Source: an uncultured Gammaproteobacteria bacterium
GTDB taxonomy: Bacteria; Cyanobacteriota; Vampirovibrionia; Gastranaerophilales; CAZEDP01
Reading direction: 5' to 3'
Assembly (NCBI GenBank): GCA_964511035.1
Contig: CAZEDP010000001.1
Location: forward strand, 1 to 42,406
Length of the DNA stretch: 42,406 nucleotides
Under the pieces are notes generated by a model. That model was not told where the DNA came from and made no database searches. It was given only the letters and a program-made list of their open reading frames with translations. Every line of letters begins with the position of its first letter. Position 1 is the stretch's first letter. Shown in pieces: positions 42,248 to 42,406 of the stretch. The position numbers and the translations under genes were made by a program.

Positions 42248-42406
42248 AAGGAATCATACTTGCAGGAGGCAGCGGCACAAGGCTTTACCCTGTAACTAAA
42301 GTTATATCAAAACAATTACTGCCGATTTATGACAAACCTATGATATATTATCCTTTGTCAGTACTGATGCTCGCCGGTATCAGAGAAATTCTTGTTATCT
42401 CCACAC
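42244..42406 (+). CDS. rfbA: Glucose-1-phosphate thymidylyltransferase (3'-truncated by the window end)
   Basis: [53 protein letters not shown] is the canonical RmlA N-terminus. ATGA overlap with rfbD. Confidence 0.9.
   Translation, partial: MKGIILAGGSGTRLYPVTKVISKQLLPIYDKPMIYYPLSVLMLAGIREILVIST

Noticed and set aside
1-42406. Scan for mobile elements, prophage or integrase genes, toxin-antitoxin or known defence genes, tRNA/rRNA and CRISPR.
   Set aside because: No ORF in the six-frame track shows transposase, integrase, recombinase, Cas or restriction-type motifs. The intergenic regions are AT-rich and lack the GC-rich stems expected of tRNA or rRNA.

Overview
This is a visibly AT-rich bacterial chromosomal window from a diderm organism, since a TolC-like outer-membrane factor is present. 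I saw no rRNA, tRNA, CRISPR array, transposase or integrase. All family calls come from motif recognition by eye; no homology search was run.

Gene content, left to right:
1. nt 1-3310: two adjacent genes for unusual repeat proteins. They are built from von Willebrand factor type D (VWD)-like modules that open with GDPHFRGGDG, joined by Pro/Cys-rich linkers. The second gene carries an N-terminal array of Asn/Gln-rich curlin-like repeats.
2. A small N/Y-rich ORF, a sensor-less histidine kinase, a secreted protein of unknown function and an amino acid-polyamine-organocation (APC)-family amino-acid permease.
3. Two monocistronic paralogous repeats-in-toxin (RTX) calcium-binding proteins next to a complete type I secretion system (T1SS): a TolC-like factor, an HlyD-like adaptor, and an ABC exporter with an N-terminal cyclic-nucleotide-binding domain and a degenerate C39-like domain. 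A signal-less parvulin peptidyl-prolyl isomerase (PPIase) is apparently co-transcribed.
4. A lone priming sugar-phosphate transferase.
5. ssb followed by a DUF1537 acid-sugar kinase / PdxA-family pair.
6. A five-gene Che-like phosphorelay (CheY, a CheA with three HPt domains, CheY, a Cache-PAS hybrid kinase, CheY) with no receptor (MCP) or CheW gene.
7. gpmI.
8. A Wzx/Wzy-type glycan cluster: GT2, GT11 fucosyltransferase, RgpF-like and TagF-like transferases, and rmlCBDA. It embeds a phosphonate module of cytidylyltransferase-PEP mutase fusion, phosphonopyruvate decarboxylase and Fe-alcohol dehydrogenase.

The most interesting candidates are the VWD/GDPH plus curlin-like repeat proteins, the predicted 2-hydroxyethylphosphonate-decorated glycan pathway, the cNMP-gated T1SS with its PPIase, and the receptor-less CheA/hybrid-kinase relay.
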